Source: Candidatus Elulimicrobium sp. | Lineage (GTDB): Bacteria; Patescibacteriota; Minisyncoccia; Phycocordibacterales; UBA918 | Assembly (NCBI GenBank): GCA_022730015.1 | Contig: DZBU01000001.1 | Coordinates: forward strand, 1,307-65,306 | Length of the DNA: 64,000 bases | Reading direction: 5' to 3' | Shown here: in pieces, positions 20,428 through 30,086 of the stretch | How positions within the stretch are numbered: position 1 is the stretch's first letter | Layout: each line of letters starts with the position of its first letter | Translations under genes and position numbers: made by a program | The notes under the pieces: generated by a model | What the model was told of the DNA's origin: nothing | Databases searched by the model: none | Seen by the model: only the letters and a program-made list of their open reading frames with translations

Positions 20428-21642
20428 GTGAGAGTGCAAGATCTAGCACAACTTTCGACACGTATGTTCAAAACCAACCCGCTACGAACGTGGTTGACGA
20501 TTTTAGGTATGGGCGTTGGTACAGGAGCAGTGGTTGTTTTGGTAGGGCTGGGGTTCGGTTTGCAGCAGATCATTCTAGAGCAGATCGTGTTCGGTGAGAC
20601 ACTGCTTTCGCTGGGGGTATCGTCGACCGGTGCTCAGGGGTTGCGACTAACTCCCGAGACAGTCGCTGAATTTGAAGCACAGGATGCAGTTCTTGATGCG
20701 GCGCCGCTCGCACGTTTCCCTGCGCTTGTCACCTATAAGGGTCTTACTGGAAACGTGTTCGTGCAAGGTGTCGAGCCACCGTATTTGCGCTTCGCTGGGG
20801 TGACAGCGGAAGCTGGGGATGTGTTTACTGACGATGATGCCGGTGACACTTCCAGTATCATGCTTTCTCCAGCGGTCTTAAAACTTTTTGGTATTGCTGA
20901 TGAGGAGGTTGCTAATTTTATTGGTCAAAAAGTATCCTTGCGACTTCTAGTGCCTGCCAATGACGGTACAGACAATGTCAATGAAATTCCAATTGATAAA
21001 GAGTACGTAGTCCGTGGTATTACCAAGGAACAGGGAGTTCTTAATGTCATGATGATGCTTCCTGAGCTTCGTAATTATGTTGCTGTTAATGAATACGAGC
21101 GGATCCAGGTACGAGTTGATTCAAATGAAAATCTACCGTTGGTTGAAAAAGCATTGATAGAGGAAGGGTATCGAGTATCCGCACTGTCAAAAACTGTTGA
21201 GCAAGCGTCAAAAATATTCCAAGGAATCCAGATCGTCTTGGCGACTTTTGGTGGTATCGCACTCATTGTGTCAGCGATCGGTATGTTCAACACGATGACC
21301 GTGACCTTGCTCGAGCGCACTAAAGAAATCGGTATTATGCGCACGATCGGTGCTTCTCCCAATGACGTAAAGTACCTGTTCGTTTCAGAATCGATCGTGG
21401 TGGGTTTTTTGGGAGGAGTGAGTGGTATTCTGATGGGGCTTACTATTGGAATTACAGTTAATTTGTTTTTGAATTTTATTGCCGGTCAATTCGGGGGACA
21501 GGCAGTAAAATTATTTTCATTTCCACTCGATTTCCTAACTTTTATTGCGCTCTTTTCAGCTGGAGTTGGTTATCTTACCGGGGTCTTTCCAGCCCGTCGA
21601 GCCTCAAAACTCAATCCGCTTGATGCTATCAAGTATGAATAG
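20428..21642 (+). CDS. ABC transporter permease (MacB/FtsX family)
   Basis: N-terminal RTWLTILGMGVG, extracytoplasmic domain, ERTKEIGIMRTIGA and C-terminal PARRASKLNPLDAIKYE. Confidence 0.93.
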   Translation: MRVQDLAQLSTRMFKTNPLRTWLTILGMGVGTGAVVVLVGLGFGLQQIILEQIVFGETLLSLGVSSTGAQGLRLTPETVAEFEAQDAVLDAAPLARFPALVTYKGLTGNVFVQGVEPPYLRFAGVTAEAGDVFTDDDAGDTSSIMLSPAVLKLFGIADEEVANFIGQKVSLRLLVPANDGTDNVNEIPIDKEYVVRGITKEQGVLNVMMMLPELRNYVAVNEYERIQVRVDSNENLPLVEKALIEEGYRVSALSKTVEQASKIFQGIQIVLATFGGIALIVSAIGMFNTMTVTLLERTKEIGIMRTIGASPNDVKYLFVSESIVVGFLGGVSGILMGLTIGITVNLFLNFIAGQFGGQAVKLFSFPLDFLTFIALFSAGVGYLTGVFPARRASKLNPLDAIKYE

Positions 21643-21655
21643 ACATGAATATCCC

Positions 21656-21686
21656 TGTGTATAAATAGGTAAAATCATGTGTATAA
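21656..21686. promoter_or_regulatory. Two DnaA-box-consensus 9-mers (TGTGTATAA = TTATACACA), starts 22 bp apart
   Basis: TGTGTATAA at 21656-21664 and 21678-21686, plus a one-mismatch copy at 21718-21726. Confidence 0.55.
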
Positions 21687-21745
21687 CTTGGTAATTACTC
21701 TCGCGCACCCTGTAAAATATGTATAAAGCTAATTAGTTATTTATT

Positions 21746-23602
21746 ATGTCGTACAACAACGAGAATCTGCCGCACTACGTTCGAACAGCAGGAAAGATAA
21801 CCATGATCACTGCCGTCGCAGGACTCCTGGTGTTCTTGTTTGCCTTCGTTTTTGATATTGGTACTCAGGAGCTCAATCGTGTCTCAGCTCAAACAGCCAC
21901 CACGACACTGACCGTGCTCAACACTCCTCCGGCATTCACTCTTAATCCGTATGAAGTTATTGAATCCTCGACATCAACTCCAACAAACTCAGGGAGCGTC
22001 ATTCAATGGTCTGCGATAGGTACAGATGCCAACGGTGCTGACTATTGGCTTCTGATCTGTAGCACAAGCGCTGTACCGACTCCCAATGCATCAGCAGCTC
22101 CGACCTGTGGTGCTGGTGCAGTGCAGTGGGGTGTCTCTGCACAAACGACAAGTGGAGCTCTCGCTACTGTTTCGACTACTACCCAGCAGTGGGGAGTTGG
22201 TCAGTTTGCAGAAGTGAATGTATGGTACGCATATGTTTGTGACGGTGACGCAGTAGACCCACGTTGTATCATTACACCAGAGCAGGGTGATTACGCGACA
22301 AGCTCTTCACCATTTAATATCAACAATCGTCCGGTGCTTGCCAACTTTGTCAATGACGGACCAGTAGACCCAGCCGGAGTATTGAATTTCTCCTCAACAT
22401 CAAGCGACCCTGACACAGCGGGTGGTGAAGACGACATACTCCTTGTAGTTTGTGGAACAAACACTGATTACAATGCAACCACTAACACCTGTAACAGTAA
22501 CTTCATTGCATCGACAACAATCAGTATGACTAGTGACGCGAGTGCGACCTACACCCTAGCGTCAATCGTTCGAGATGACACGTACGGAGCATACGGCTAC
22601 ATTGTTGACCAACACGGCCATGAAGCAACCGCAAACCCTCTCAATGCAGACTTTAACGTTAACAACGTTGCTCCGACTGTTCTTGGTGGTGATATAGACC
22701 TTAATGGAGGAGTGAATCTTTCTCTTTCAATTCCTGGTGGAGAAACTACCGGATTCACGCTTGGTTTTACAATTAGAGATGCCAATAGCTGTTTGAACGC
22801 TGCTTCTACAAGTGAGATAACTGCTTACGACGTTGCACTATTTAGATCTAGCTACGGAACTACCACCTGTAATGGTACCGGTGGATCATATGATCCAAAC
22901 TACTGTTATCCAAATGGCATTGCTACAACAACATGGAATCTGTCGTGTGCACCTACTACTACTTGCGCAAGTCCGCTCCAAGATTACATGGATTACACTT
23001 GTACCTTCCCACTATGGTTCGTAGCTGATCCAACCGATCCAGGACCTAATACGCCAGCATTATTTGCAGGTGACAATTGGTCAGTCGGTATTGCTGGGGA
23101 AGATGACGACACCTTGGTTGGAGCGATGTCGACCACCTCTAGTCCAGTTGAGTTGGTAAGCTTTAGTGCAATTGATATCCTCGATGCGCAAATCGCCTAC
23201 GGTGGGATTGAACCAGGAAACGATTCTGGAACCCTGTCCTCAACTTCTACTGCTCAAAACGTTGGTAATACCGGTCTTGATCAAGAAATCGTCGGTGAAT
23301 CCATGTGTGGTACCTTCTCAGTTTCAAATGAATGTATTACCTCAGCAACTTCAACTATTCCGGAGGATCAACAAAAATTCTCGACTACGTCTCTCGCTTA
23401 CGTAAGTCCGTTTGCCCAGATCCTTTCATCGACTACGCCAAACGAACTTGAACTTAACGTACCGAAGACAACATCAACATCAACTCCTAATGAGGGTACT
23501 ACTTACTGGGGTATCGCAGTTCCGATCACCATTACTCTGGCTGGAAACTACCAAGGTCTCAACACCTTTACTGCGGTAACGGCAGAAGCAGCAAACTGGT
23601 AA
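21746..23602 (+). CDS. Exported Cys-rich small subunit, type A (C-terminal half homologous to the C-terminus of the 5496-aa protein)
   Basis: N-terminal signal/TM segment. Shares ADPTD, IPxDxQKF, LSSTTP and YWGIAVP...QGxNxFTxV motifs with the giant protein. Confidence 0.85.
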   Translation: MSYNNENLPHYVRTAGKITMITAVAGLLVFLFAFVFDIGTQELNRVSAQTATTTLTVLNTPPAFTLNPYEVIESSTSTPTNSGSVIQWSAIGTDANGADYWLLICSTSAVPTPNASAAPTCGAGAVQWGVSAQTTSGALATVSTTTQQWGVGQFAEVNVWYAYVCDGDAVDPRCIITPEQGDYATSSSPFNINNRPVLANFVNDGPVDPAGVLNFSSTSSDPDTAGGEDDILLVVCGTNTDYNATTNTCNSNFIASTTISMTSDASATYTLASIVRDDTYGAYGYIVDQHGHEATANPLNADFNVNNVAPTVLGGDIDLNGGVNLSLSIPGGETTGFTLGFTIRDANSCLNAASTSEITAYDVALFRSSYGTTTCNGTGGSYDPNYCYPNGIATTTWNLSCAPTTTCASPLQDYMDYTCTFPLWFVADPTDPGPNTPALFAGDNWSVGIAGEDDDTLVGAMSTTSSPVELVSFSAIDILDAQIAYGGIEPGNDSGTLSSTSTAQNVGNTGLDQEIVGESMCGTFSVSNECITSATSTIPEDQQKFSTTSLAYVSPFAQILSSTTPNELELNVPKTTSTSTPNEGTTYWGIAVPITITLAGNYQGLNTFTAVTAEAANW

Positions 23603-23624
23603 TTGCTTTCAAAAGCATATAGCA

Positions 23625-23662
23625 CAACAACCATTGTTATTCGACAATGGTTGTTGCTTTTT
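23625..23662 (+). terminator. Intrinsic terminator after the 618-aa gene
   Basis: CAACAACCATTGT-TATTCG-ACAATGGTTGTTG followed by CTTTTT. Confidence 0.85.
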
Positions 23663-23696
23663 ATGCTCTTTTTTTCGATAATAAGGAAACATATAC

Positions 23697-24644
23697 ATGG
23701 TTAAAATCCTGCGTAATCTCCTGATGATTGTTCTTCTAATGCCAGTGCTTTTTGTGAGCCTTGGTGTCACAGAAGTATTTGCCGGTTTCGGAATTACGCC
23801 TCCTTATGTTAGTAATACTAGCCTGACTAGAAATTCTACTTACGAACAGCAAGTCCTTCTAGTTCGTAGTGAAACTAACATTTCGCAGAAAGCGGAAATT
23901 ACTATTGATGCACCTGAGATACAAGATTGGATTCAAATTGTTGAAGGTGATGTCATCAAGATGCCTCGAGGTGAACAAAAGGTCCCAATGACCGTCCGTA
24001 TCACGGTACCTGAGGATGCTGAATTCAAGGATTATAAAGGAGCTATCCGTATCAGAACACTTCCTGATGACGATCAGGTTGCGCCTGGTGCAGTTAGTAT
24101 TTCTCTTGGTGCTCTGGTCGATATTGATCTGTCAGTCATTGATCGAAAGATCTTTGATTTTAGTGTGCGTAAGATCTCAGCTGCTGACCTCAATGAAGGA
24201 CATAAGCTTTTCTGGTTGTTCTTCCCTGGAAAGATCAATTTCGATATGATGATTGAGAATACGGGTAACGTCGATATTGTTCCGAGTAAAGTAGAATTCC
24301 GTATCTTTGATCGAGCTGGGAAGGTGTTGCTCGAAGAAACAAAGAATATTGGTAAAATCAAAAAGATTAAACCGTACGCCACGGAAACGGTGACGGCAGA
24401 ACTCCCAACCCGTTTACCCGCAGGTAGTTATGTGGCACGTTACCGAGTCTTCAACGGTGAGGATGTCAAACATGAAGGTGATATTAGTTTAAATATTCTT
24501 GCGGCGGGTACATTAGAGACTGCTAATTTCGGTTTTGCTGGACTCTCAATTGCTCATAAGGTATCAGTCTTGCTGCCTGTGTTTGCTCTTATCATTGCTG
24601 CAATCTATATCTGGCACATGCGTCGTCGATCATCAAGAAGGTAG
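23697..24644 (+). CDS. DUF916/DUF3324 (WxL-interacting protein)-like membrane-anchored protein
   Basis: Signal peptide, then GFGITPP, W...VRITVPEDA...YKGAIRI and second-domain IENTGNV. C-terminal TM helix with basic tail RRRSSRR. Confidence 0.7.
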   Translation: MVKILRNLLMIVLLMPVLFVSLGVTEVFAGFGITPPYVSNTSLTRNSTYEQQVLLVRSETNISQKAEITIDAPEIQDWIQIVEGDVIKMPRGEQKVPMTVRITVPEDAEFKDYKGAIRIRTLPDDDQVAPGAVSISLGALVDIDLSVIDRKIFDFSVRKISAADLNEGHKLFWLFFPGKINFDMMIENTGNVDIVPSKVEFRIFDRAGKVLLEETKNIGKIKKIKPYATETVTAELPTRLPAGSYVARYRVFNGEDVKHEGDISLNILAAGTLETANFGFAGLSIAHKVSVLLPVFALIIAAIYIWHMRRRSSRR

Positions 24645-24645
24645 T

Positions 24646-25752
24646 ATGAGACTATTCTGGCTACTTTTTTTAGGCACTATGATAGTGACGCCAGAAGCCG
24701 TCACTGCCCAGACTAATTTATATTCTACGACCACCCTGACAGTCAGTATCTGTGGTAATGAAATCGTTGATGATGGTGAACAGTGTGATGTACTAGGAGA
24801 AACTGGCGTGTACAGTCAGACGATTGCTGGACGACAGTGTACGGTCTCCTGCATGTTTGGGCCCTATTGCGGAGACGGTATTCTGCAAACTCTTAACGAG
24901 GAAGAGTGTGACGATGGTAACAATGATAATTTAGACTTCTGTTCTGCCCTATGTAAGATCGAACCGGCCGGTTCCGGTGGTGGTGGTTCGTCAGGTGGTG
25001 GTTCTGGCGGCGGCGGGGGAAGCTCTCGCGATCTTGGGGATACTATCATTAGTGTAATTGGACGTGCGTATCCTTCGCGAACAATTAATTTTTTACTTGA
25101 TACGGTTTCGGTCGGTTCCGTGCGTTCGAGTAGTGACGGACGCTTTGAATTTTCGACTGCTGCTTCGCCTGGTACTGCGACGCTTGGTATTTGGGCAACA
25201 GACGCTGATGGCAATCGTTCGATCACGCTCAACAATACCTTTGATATCACACAAGGTGCTATCACAAACCTTAACGGTATTATTCTTCCACCAACCCTAC
25301 GTGTGCCGTCACAAAATATTGATCCAGGTGCGGTGCTCATTGTCTCTGGTGAGAGTGTGCCGAATGCCTCGGTTGAACTGCATGTTGATAATAGTGCGAT
25401 AGTAGAAAGCGCCGCTGTTGGCGCGGATGGAAAATGGACCGTCTCACTTAATACCAGTCGTTTATCGATTGCGGAACATACGCTACGAGCACGCACTATA
25501 GTTGGCACCCCACCACTTACCACTACAAGTAGTTTCAGTTCGTCAATGCAACTATTTGTTGGTGTTGAAGGTCGTGCAACATCACCTTCTGACCTTAACC
25601 GAGACGGATCGGTCAATTTGATCGACTTTTCTATTATGATCTTTTGGTGGGGAACCAATGGTGGAGATTCTGATCCACCAGCTGACATAAATGGTAATGC
25701 TAGAGTCAGTCTTGAGGACTTTTCTATTCTACTGTTCAACTGGACTGGATGA
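24646..25752 (+). CDS. Secreted protein with Myxococcus-type Cys-rich repeats (DUF4215-like), Ig-like domains and C-terminal dockerin-like domain
   Basis: CGNEIVDDGEQCD and CGDGILQ...EECDDGN...CSALC repeats. Paired DLNRDGSVNLIDFSI and DINGNARVSLEDFSI. ATG 24646 lies just after the previous stop and gives a signal peptide. Confidence 0.85.
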   Translation: MRLFWLLFLGTMIVTPEAVTAQTNLYSTTTLTVSICGNEIVDDGEQCDVLGETGVYSQTIAGRQCTVSCMFGPYCGDGILQTLNEEECDDGNNDNLDFCSALCKIEPAGSGGGGSSGGGSGGGGGSSRDLGDTIISVIGRAYPSRTINFLLDTVSVGSVRSSSDGRFEFSTAASPGTATLGIWATDADGNRSITLNNTFDITQGAITNLNGIILPPTLRVPSQNIDPGAVLIVSGESVPNASVELHVDNSAIVESAAVGADGKWTVSLNTSRLSIAEHTLRARTIVGTPPLTTTSSFSSSMQLFVGVEGRATSPSDLNRDGSVNLIDFSIMIFWWGTNGGDSDPPADINGNARVSLEDFSILLFNWTG

Positions 25753-25759
25753 TGAAGTA

Positions 25760-25785
25760 AAAACAGCTGCCATGGCAGCTGTTTT
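25760..25785. terminator. Palindromic (possibly bidirectional) terminator
   Basis: AAAACAGCTGCCATGGCAGCTGTTTT is a perfect 26-bp palindrome just after the stop codon. Confidence 0.8.
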
Positions 25786-25830
25786 GTGTATAAGTGACAC
25801 ATAAATTTCTTTCGGCATCGTACAATGAAT

Positions 25831-26007
25831 GAGTATCTGCAAAGGAGGTAATCAATTAGTATTACTGCACGCGCTTTTTTAGCACGTGAGCACTTCAGCC
25901 GAGTGTGACTTTGTAGGTATACTTACAGTACGCATACATTAGAAGCGGAGTGGAGACCACTTCTAAGCACGATATTTCGTCTGAATCCTCACTATATAAA
26001 TTCAGGC
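25831..26007 (+). ncRNA. Putative structured leader RNA (4-way junction plus two hairpins) of the 372-aa subunit gene
   Basis: Follows TACAAT (25821-25826). GAGTAT-CTGCAAAG pairs with CTTTGTAG-GT-ATACTT and encloses three hairpins. Folded by eye. Confidence 0.5.
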
Positions 26008-26029
26008 TGTAAGGTAATACAACGTAGAT

Positions 26030-27148
26030 ATGCACAGAGCGTCAAACACGTTCTCAGTGCTCCAAGCTACCGCAGCGATAGTTGCCATGGCCATCATTCT
26101 TTGGTCCCTTGGCATCTCATCGATCCGCTTCGCGGAAGCTGCAAATGTCACCTCATTTAGTGATACACTGTCGAGCTCAGCTCCGACAGTCGCATCAGAC
26201 CACACCATTACGTTTACTACTCCTACTGGAGTAACAAACGGACAGACGATCACTGTTGATTTCTCAAATGGTCCATTTGTAGTCGGTTCAGTTGATTTTA
26301 CTGATATCGACGTCGCAACAACCTCTGGTGAATTTACTCTAGCCGCTGACTGTGCAGGCACAGACATGGCTAGTGCAGCATTTGCTGGAACTCTTCTTAC
26401 CATCACGATGTGTGCTGGTGACGGAGGTCTTATTGTTGCAAATGGAACTACTACCATTCAGATTGGTTTGAATGCAGCTGGCGGTAACGCTCAGCTCACA
26501 AATCCAGCTATTGGTTCTTACGAAATCAATTTGACCGCTGGTGCGTCTGACTCAGGTTCGACTCGAGTAGCAATCATCAGTACAGTTAACGTCACTGCTT
26601 CTGTTGATACCCTCTTTACCTTCTCGGTAACTGGTGTCGCAGGAAACCAAACAGTGAACGGAACTACTACTGGAGCTACTACTACAGCAACACTCATTCC
26701 ATTTGGAGTGCTTGATGCTGGCGTAGCTAGTACTGCTGCTCAAGATCTTTCCATTGTCACAAACGCACGAAATGGTTTCGTCGTTACTGTGACTGCAGAC
26801 GGGCAGCTCGATTCATCAACCGGTGCTGACATTGATGGTTTCCGTAATGGAAACTACGCTGCAACACCAGTTGCGTGGGAAGGACCAAGTTCTGCAGTTG
26901 GCTCAGAAGAGACGTATGGTCACTGGGGTCTAACCTCAGACGATACTGACCACTTCGCAGCCACACAGACCTATGTGTCAGCCTCAACCACACCGGTTGA
27001 AGTGTTTACACACTCGGGTCCGACAGATGGAACAACTACCGGCCAGGGTACTACCCGCGTCGGATACACCGTACAAATCGGCTCGCTTCAAGAAGCAGCT
27101 GATGACTACACTGCTACGCTGACATACGTAGCAACGCCAGTTTTTTAA
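26030..27148 (+). CDS. Exported small subunit, type B (C-terminal domain homologous to the C-terminus of the 1840-aa protein)
   Basis: Signal peptide ending FAEAA. Shares TTT.T.I.FG.L, TNA..G(F/Y), Q.A.DY...(L/I).Y...PVF-stop with 33372-38894. Confidence 0.85.
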   Translation: MHRASNTFSVLQATAAIVAMAIILWSLGISSIRFAEAANVTSFSDTLSSSAPTVASDHTITFTTPTGVTNGQTITVDFSNGPFVVGSVDFTDIDVATTSGEFTLAADCAGTDMASAAFAGTLLTITMCAGDGGLIVANGTTTIQIGLNAAGGNAQLTNPAIGSYEINLTAGASDSGSTRVAIISTVNVTASVDTLFTFSVTGVAGNQTVNGTTTGATTTATLIPFGVLDAGVASTAAQDLSIVTNARNGFVVTVTADGQLDSSTGADIDGFRNGNYAATPVAWEGPSSAVGSEETYGHWGLTSDDTDHFAATQTYVSASTTPVEVFTHSGPTDGTTTGQGTTRVGYTVQIGSLQEAADDYTATLTYVATPVF

Positions 27149-27174
27149 AAAATTGGCTCCAAGCTTGGAGTAAA

Positions 27175-27214
27175 ACAAAAAACCCTATCTCCCACCACGA
27201 GACGGGTTTTTTGT
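27175..27214 (+). terminator. Intrinsic terminator after the 372-aa gene
   Basis: ACAAAAAACCC..TCTC-loop-GAGA.GGGTTTTTTGT, preceded by the palindrome CTCCAAGCTTGGAG (27157-27170). Confidence 0.7.
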
Positions 27215-27263
27215 ATGTGTACAGGACAGCGAGGAGACGTTAATCCACTGCTATACTAGTATC

Positions 27264-28310
27264 ATGAAATGGAACCTTACCTTTTTATCGCTGCTTTTTT
27301 TTGGGTTTGTAATTACGACACTTCCGCAGACAGTGACTGCTGCTTCACTCTATATTGATCCAGCGACCAGTGTCGTCAATCGTGGCGACTCGATTACCCT
27401 GGCAGTTCGCCTCGATACTGACGAGGAAAATGGTGAATGTGTAAACACTGTTGACGGAACCATAAAATATTCAGAAAACATTGAAGCAGTAGATACTTCA
27501 ATTGGTGATTCTATATTTCGTTTGTGGATAGAAGCGCCCACTATTAATCCTGCCGATCGTACGATTACTTTTGCTGGGGGGATACCAAATGGTTACTGTG
27601 GTCGAGTCGCTGGAGATCCACGTTTGACCAATGTGCTATTTGAGATTGTTTTGCAGTCACCAGGCTTTTCAGTGGGAAGCGGAGGAACAACGGCTACGAT
27701 CGATTTTGCTCCAGAAAGCTCAGCGCTTTTAAATGATGGGTTTGGTACTAAAGCTGAGCTCGTAACGTATCCTGCGAAAATTGAGCTTGATCCGCGACCT
27801 GGTACATCGCTACAAAATCCGTGGCGTGAAGAAGTGTTGACTGACAGTGTTCCACCAGAAGAATTTGTTATAAGCCTTCAGTTAAAAGGTGAAGTAAATG
27901 CTGATAAGCACTACATCACCTTTAGTACAAATGATAAACAAACTGGTATAGATCATTATGAAGTAATAGAAGAACCGCTGACACAGTTTGGCTCATTTCA
28001 GTGGGGGAGGGCGGATGCACCGTGGGTGATTGTAAATGAACCAGAAAATATAAGGTATGTTCTTAATGACCAGTCACTGAATAGTATCATTCGGGTTAAA
28101 GCGATCGACAAGGCTGGCAATGAGTATGTCGCAACGTTAATTCCAGATGATTCACTCCGAACAGTTTCAGGTGATCAGTTGCTCATCATCGTTGCTGGAG
28201 TTGGTGTTGTCATTTTGTTTGCTGTGATTGGATTAGTGGTCTGGTCACGAATACGAAATCGCCGCAAGACAATCGACGTTGCGTCTACAAAAAATGATGA
28301 GCAAGCATAA
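27264..28310 (+). CDS. Cohesin-like domain membrane-anchored protein
   Basis: Signal peptide, ASLYIDP...VNTVDGTIKY...SIFRLW...ITFAGGIPNGY...ALLNDGFGT, an Ig-like domain and a C-terminal TM helix. Confidence 0.75.
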   Translation: MKWNLTFLSLLFFGFVITTLPQTVTAASLYIDPATSVVNRGDSITLAVRLDTDEENGECVNTVDGTIKYSENIEAVDTSIGDSIFRLWIEAPTINPADRTITFAGGIPNGYCGRVAGDPRLTNVLFEIVLQSPGFSVGSGGTTATIDFAPESSALLNDGFGTKAELVTYPAKIELDPRPGTSLQNPWREEVLTDSVPPEEFVISLQLKGEVNADKHYITFSTNDKQTGIDHYEVIEEPLTQFGSFQWGRADAPWVIVNEPENIRYVLNDQSLNSIIRVKAIDKAGNEYVATLIPDDSLRTVSGDQLLIIVAGVGVVILFAVIGLVVWSRIRNRRKTIDVASTKNDEQA

Positions 28311-28319
28311 AAAATCATT

Positions 28320-30080
28320 ATGAGCAGCACAACAAATAAACCACTACTTCAGATCACTCGTGCTGTTGCCGTGTTTGGGCTTTTGATTGCACTTTATTTA
28401 GGTGTTCCTAGTAATGCTGATGCTGCTTCACTAGGTTTGTCACCGAGTACTGGCGTTTATACTGCTAATGGAACATTCACTGCACGTGTCATTGTTAATA
28501 CGGATGGAAAATCAGTTAATGCAGCTGAAGGAACACTCTCTTTTAACCCACGTGAATTGTCGGTTGTTTCAGTCAATCGATCTGGTTCCATCTTTAACCT
28601 CTGGGTGACCGAACCAACCTTTTCAAATAGCGCAGGTACTATTTCGTTCAGTGGGGGACTCCCGTCAGGGTACACGGGATCTGCCGGAACGATCATGAAT
28701 GTCACTTTTCGAGCAGCCGGCGCGGGAACCGCTCGAGTAAATTTTAAAAATGGGTCAGTCTTAGCAAATGATGGGCGAGGGACCAATATTCTTACAACAA
28801 TGAATGGCGGCAACTACACCATTCAGGCCCAAGCGACTACTCCTGTGCCGGAAGAAATTGAGTATGTAGCTCCTGCCAACACGCCAGCAGCTCCGCAGGT
28901 CACTTCTTCTACCCACCCGGATCAGGCCGCTTGGCACCAGATGAAGGAGGCAACACTTACCTGGAATGTTCCTGTCGGAGTTACTGCAGTTCGGACATTA
29001 CTCGATCAAAATTCTACTTCGATCCCAACCAAAGTTTATGACGATCCGATCAGATCAATTACGTTATCTGACTTGCCTGAAGGTGTTTCTTATTTTCATA
29101 TACAGTTCAAAAACGATGAAGGTTGGGGTAAGGTAACACATTACCGTCTCGCGGTTGATTCAGTGAAGCCGACCGCCATAGATATCAAGCTGGCCGCTGA
29201 CGATCTTAGTAACCCACAGCAGTCACTCAAGATTACTGTTACTGATGAGACATCGGAAGTAACTAATTTTAAAGTTAAACTTGACGCAAGTGAACCGTTC
29301 GAATTTGTTGAAGAAACCGCTTCGTCAACGATTCCTCTGCCAGCGTTAGAGCCTGGATACCATGCAGTCATCGTAGAAGCGTTTGATAAGGCCGGAAACA
29401 GTATCGTGGGTACACATTCGTTTACGATCGAGGCGTTTGATCGACCACGATTTATTGAGTACCCACAGGAGATAAGCGAAGATGTCATCCCACTTATTAA
29501 AGGTCAAACTCGTCCAAATGCCCAGGTAGATATTTTTGTAACACCACTCGGCGCTGAGTCAGTGACATATTCGATAACTGCTAATGAGACTGGGGAATTC
29601 ATCTTTATCCCAAGCGGACGTTTTACAACCGGTGTCTATGAGATTGCTGCTCAAGCAACTGATACCTTTGGAGCCAGAAGTGATATCTCCGAGTCGATTC
29701 GAATTGCGGTACAGCAACCTGGCTTTATTCGCATCGGTTCGCTGATCGTTAATGTGCTCTCGGTGCTTATACCGCTCATTGTCCTCGCTGCGATACTTAT
29801 TATTGGTGTCTGGTATCTTATAGTCTATGCTCGACGATTCCGTCGACAGGTGACTGTAGAATCAATTGAGGCACTTGAGATGTTGCGTCGTGAGTTCACT
29901 GAACTCCAAACAACACTTTCTCATCAGGAGAACATTTTAGCTGATACTCGGACGGCAAAGAAGTTAACCAAAGCTGAATCAGCAATGATCGAAGCAATCG
30001 GTATTGCACTCAAATCTTCCCAGCAAAAAGTAGAAAAGGAAATCAAAGATATTACGGCACTGACTAATAAGAATAAGTAA
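28320..30080 (+). CDS. Cohesin-like domain protein with Ig-like domains, TM helix and cytoplasmic coiled coil
   Basis: ASLGLSP...VNAAEGTLSF...SIFNLW...ISFSGGLPSGY...VLANDGRGT, SSTHPDQ motif, C-terminal TM helix. Confidence 0.78.
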   Translation: MSSTTNKPLLQITRAVAVFGLLIALYLGVPSNADAASLGLSPSTGVYTANGTFTARVIVNTDGKSVNAAEGTLSFNPRELSVVSVNRSGSIFNLWVTEPTFSNSAGTISFSGGLPSGYTGSAGTIMNVTFRAAGAGTARVNFKNGSVLANDGRGTNILTTMNGGNYTIQAQATTPVPEEIEYVAPANTPAAPQVTSSTHPDQAAWHQMKEATLTWNVPVGVTAVRTLLDQNSTSIPTKVYDDPIRSITLSDLPEGVSYFHIQFKNDEGWGKVTHYRLAVDSVKPTAIDIKLAADDLSNPQQSLKITVTDETSEVTNFKVKLDASEPFEFVEETASSTIPLPALEPGYHAVIVEAFDKAGNSIVGTHSFTIEAFDRPRFIEYPQEISEDVIPLIKGQTRPNAQVDIFVTPLGAESVTYSITANETGEFIFIPSGRFTTGVYEIAAQATDTFGARSDISESIRIAVQQPGFIRIGSLIVNVLSVLIPLIVLAAILIIGVWYLIVYARRFRRQVTVESIEALEMLRREFTELQTTLSHQENILADTRTAKKLTKAESAMIEAIGIALKSSQQKVEKEIKDITALTNKNK

Positions 30081-30086
30081 ATCATT

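Noticed and set aside
24864-25802. 312-aa minus-strand ORF, and the many 60-230-aa antisense or alternate-frame ORFs across the large genes
   Set aside because: They are shadows of + strand genes that have clear motifs, and they show no recognisable domains or expression signals of their own.
25940-26010. Resemblance to ZTP (GTGG..CCAC) or c-di-AMP (CTGAATCC) riboswitches
   Set aside because: Only short fragments match. The other conserved elements are missing and the gene context does not fit.
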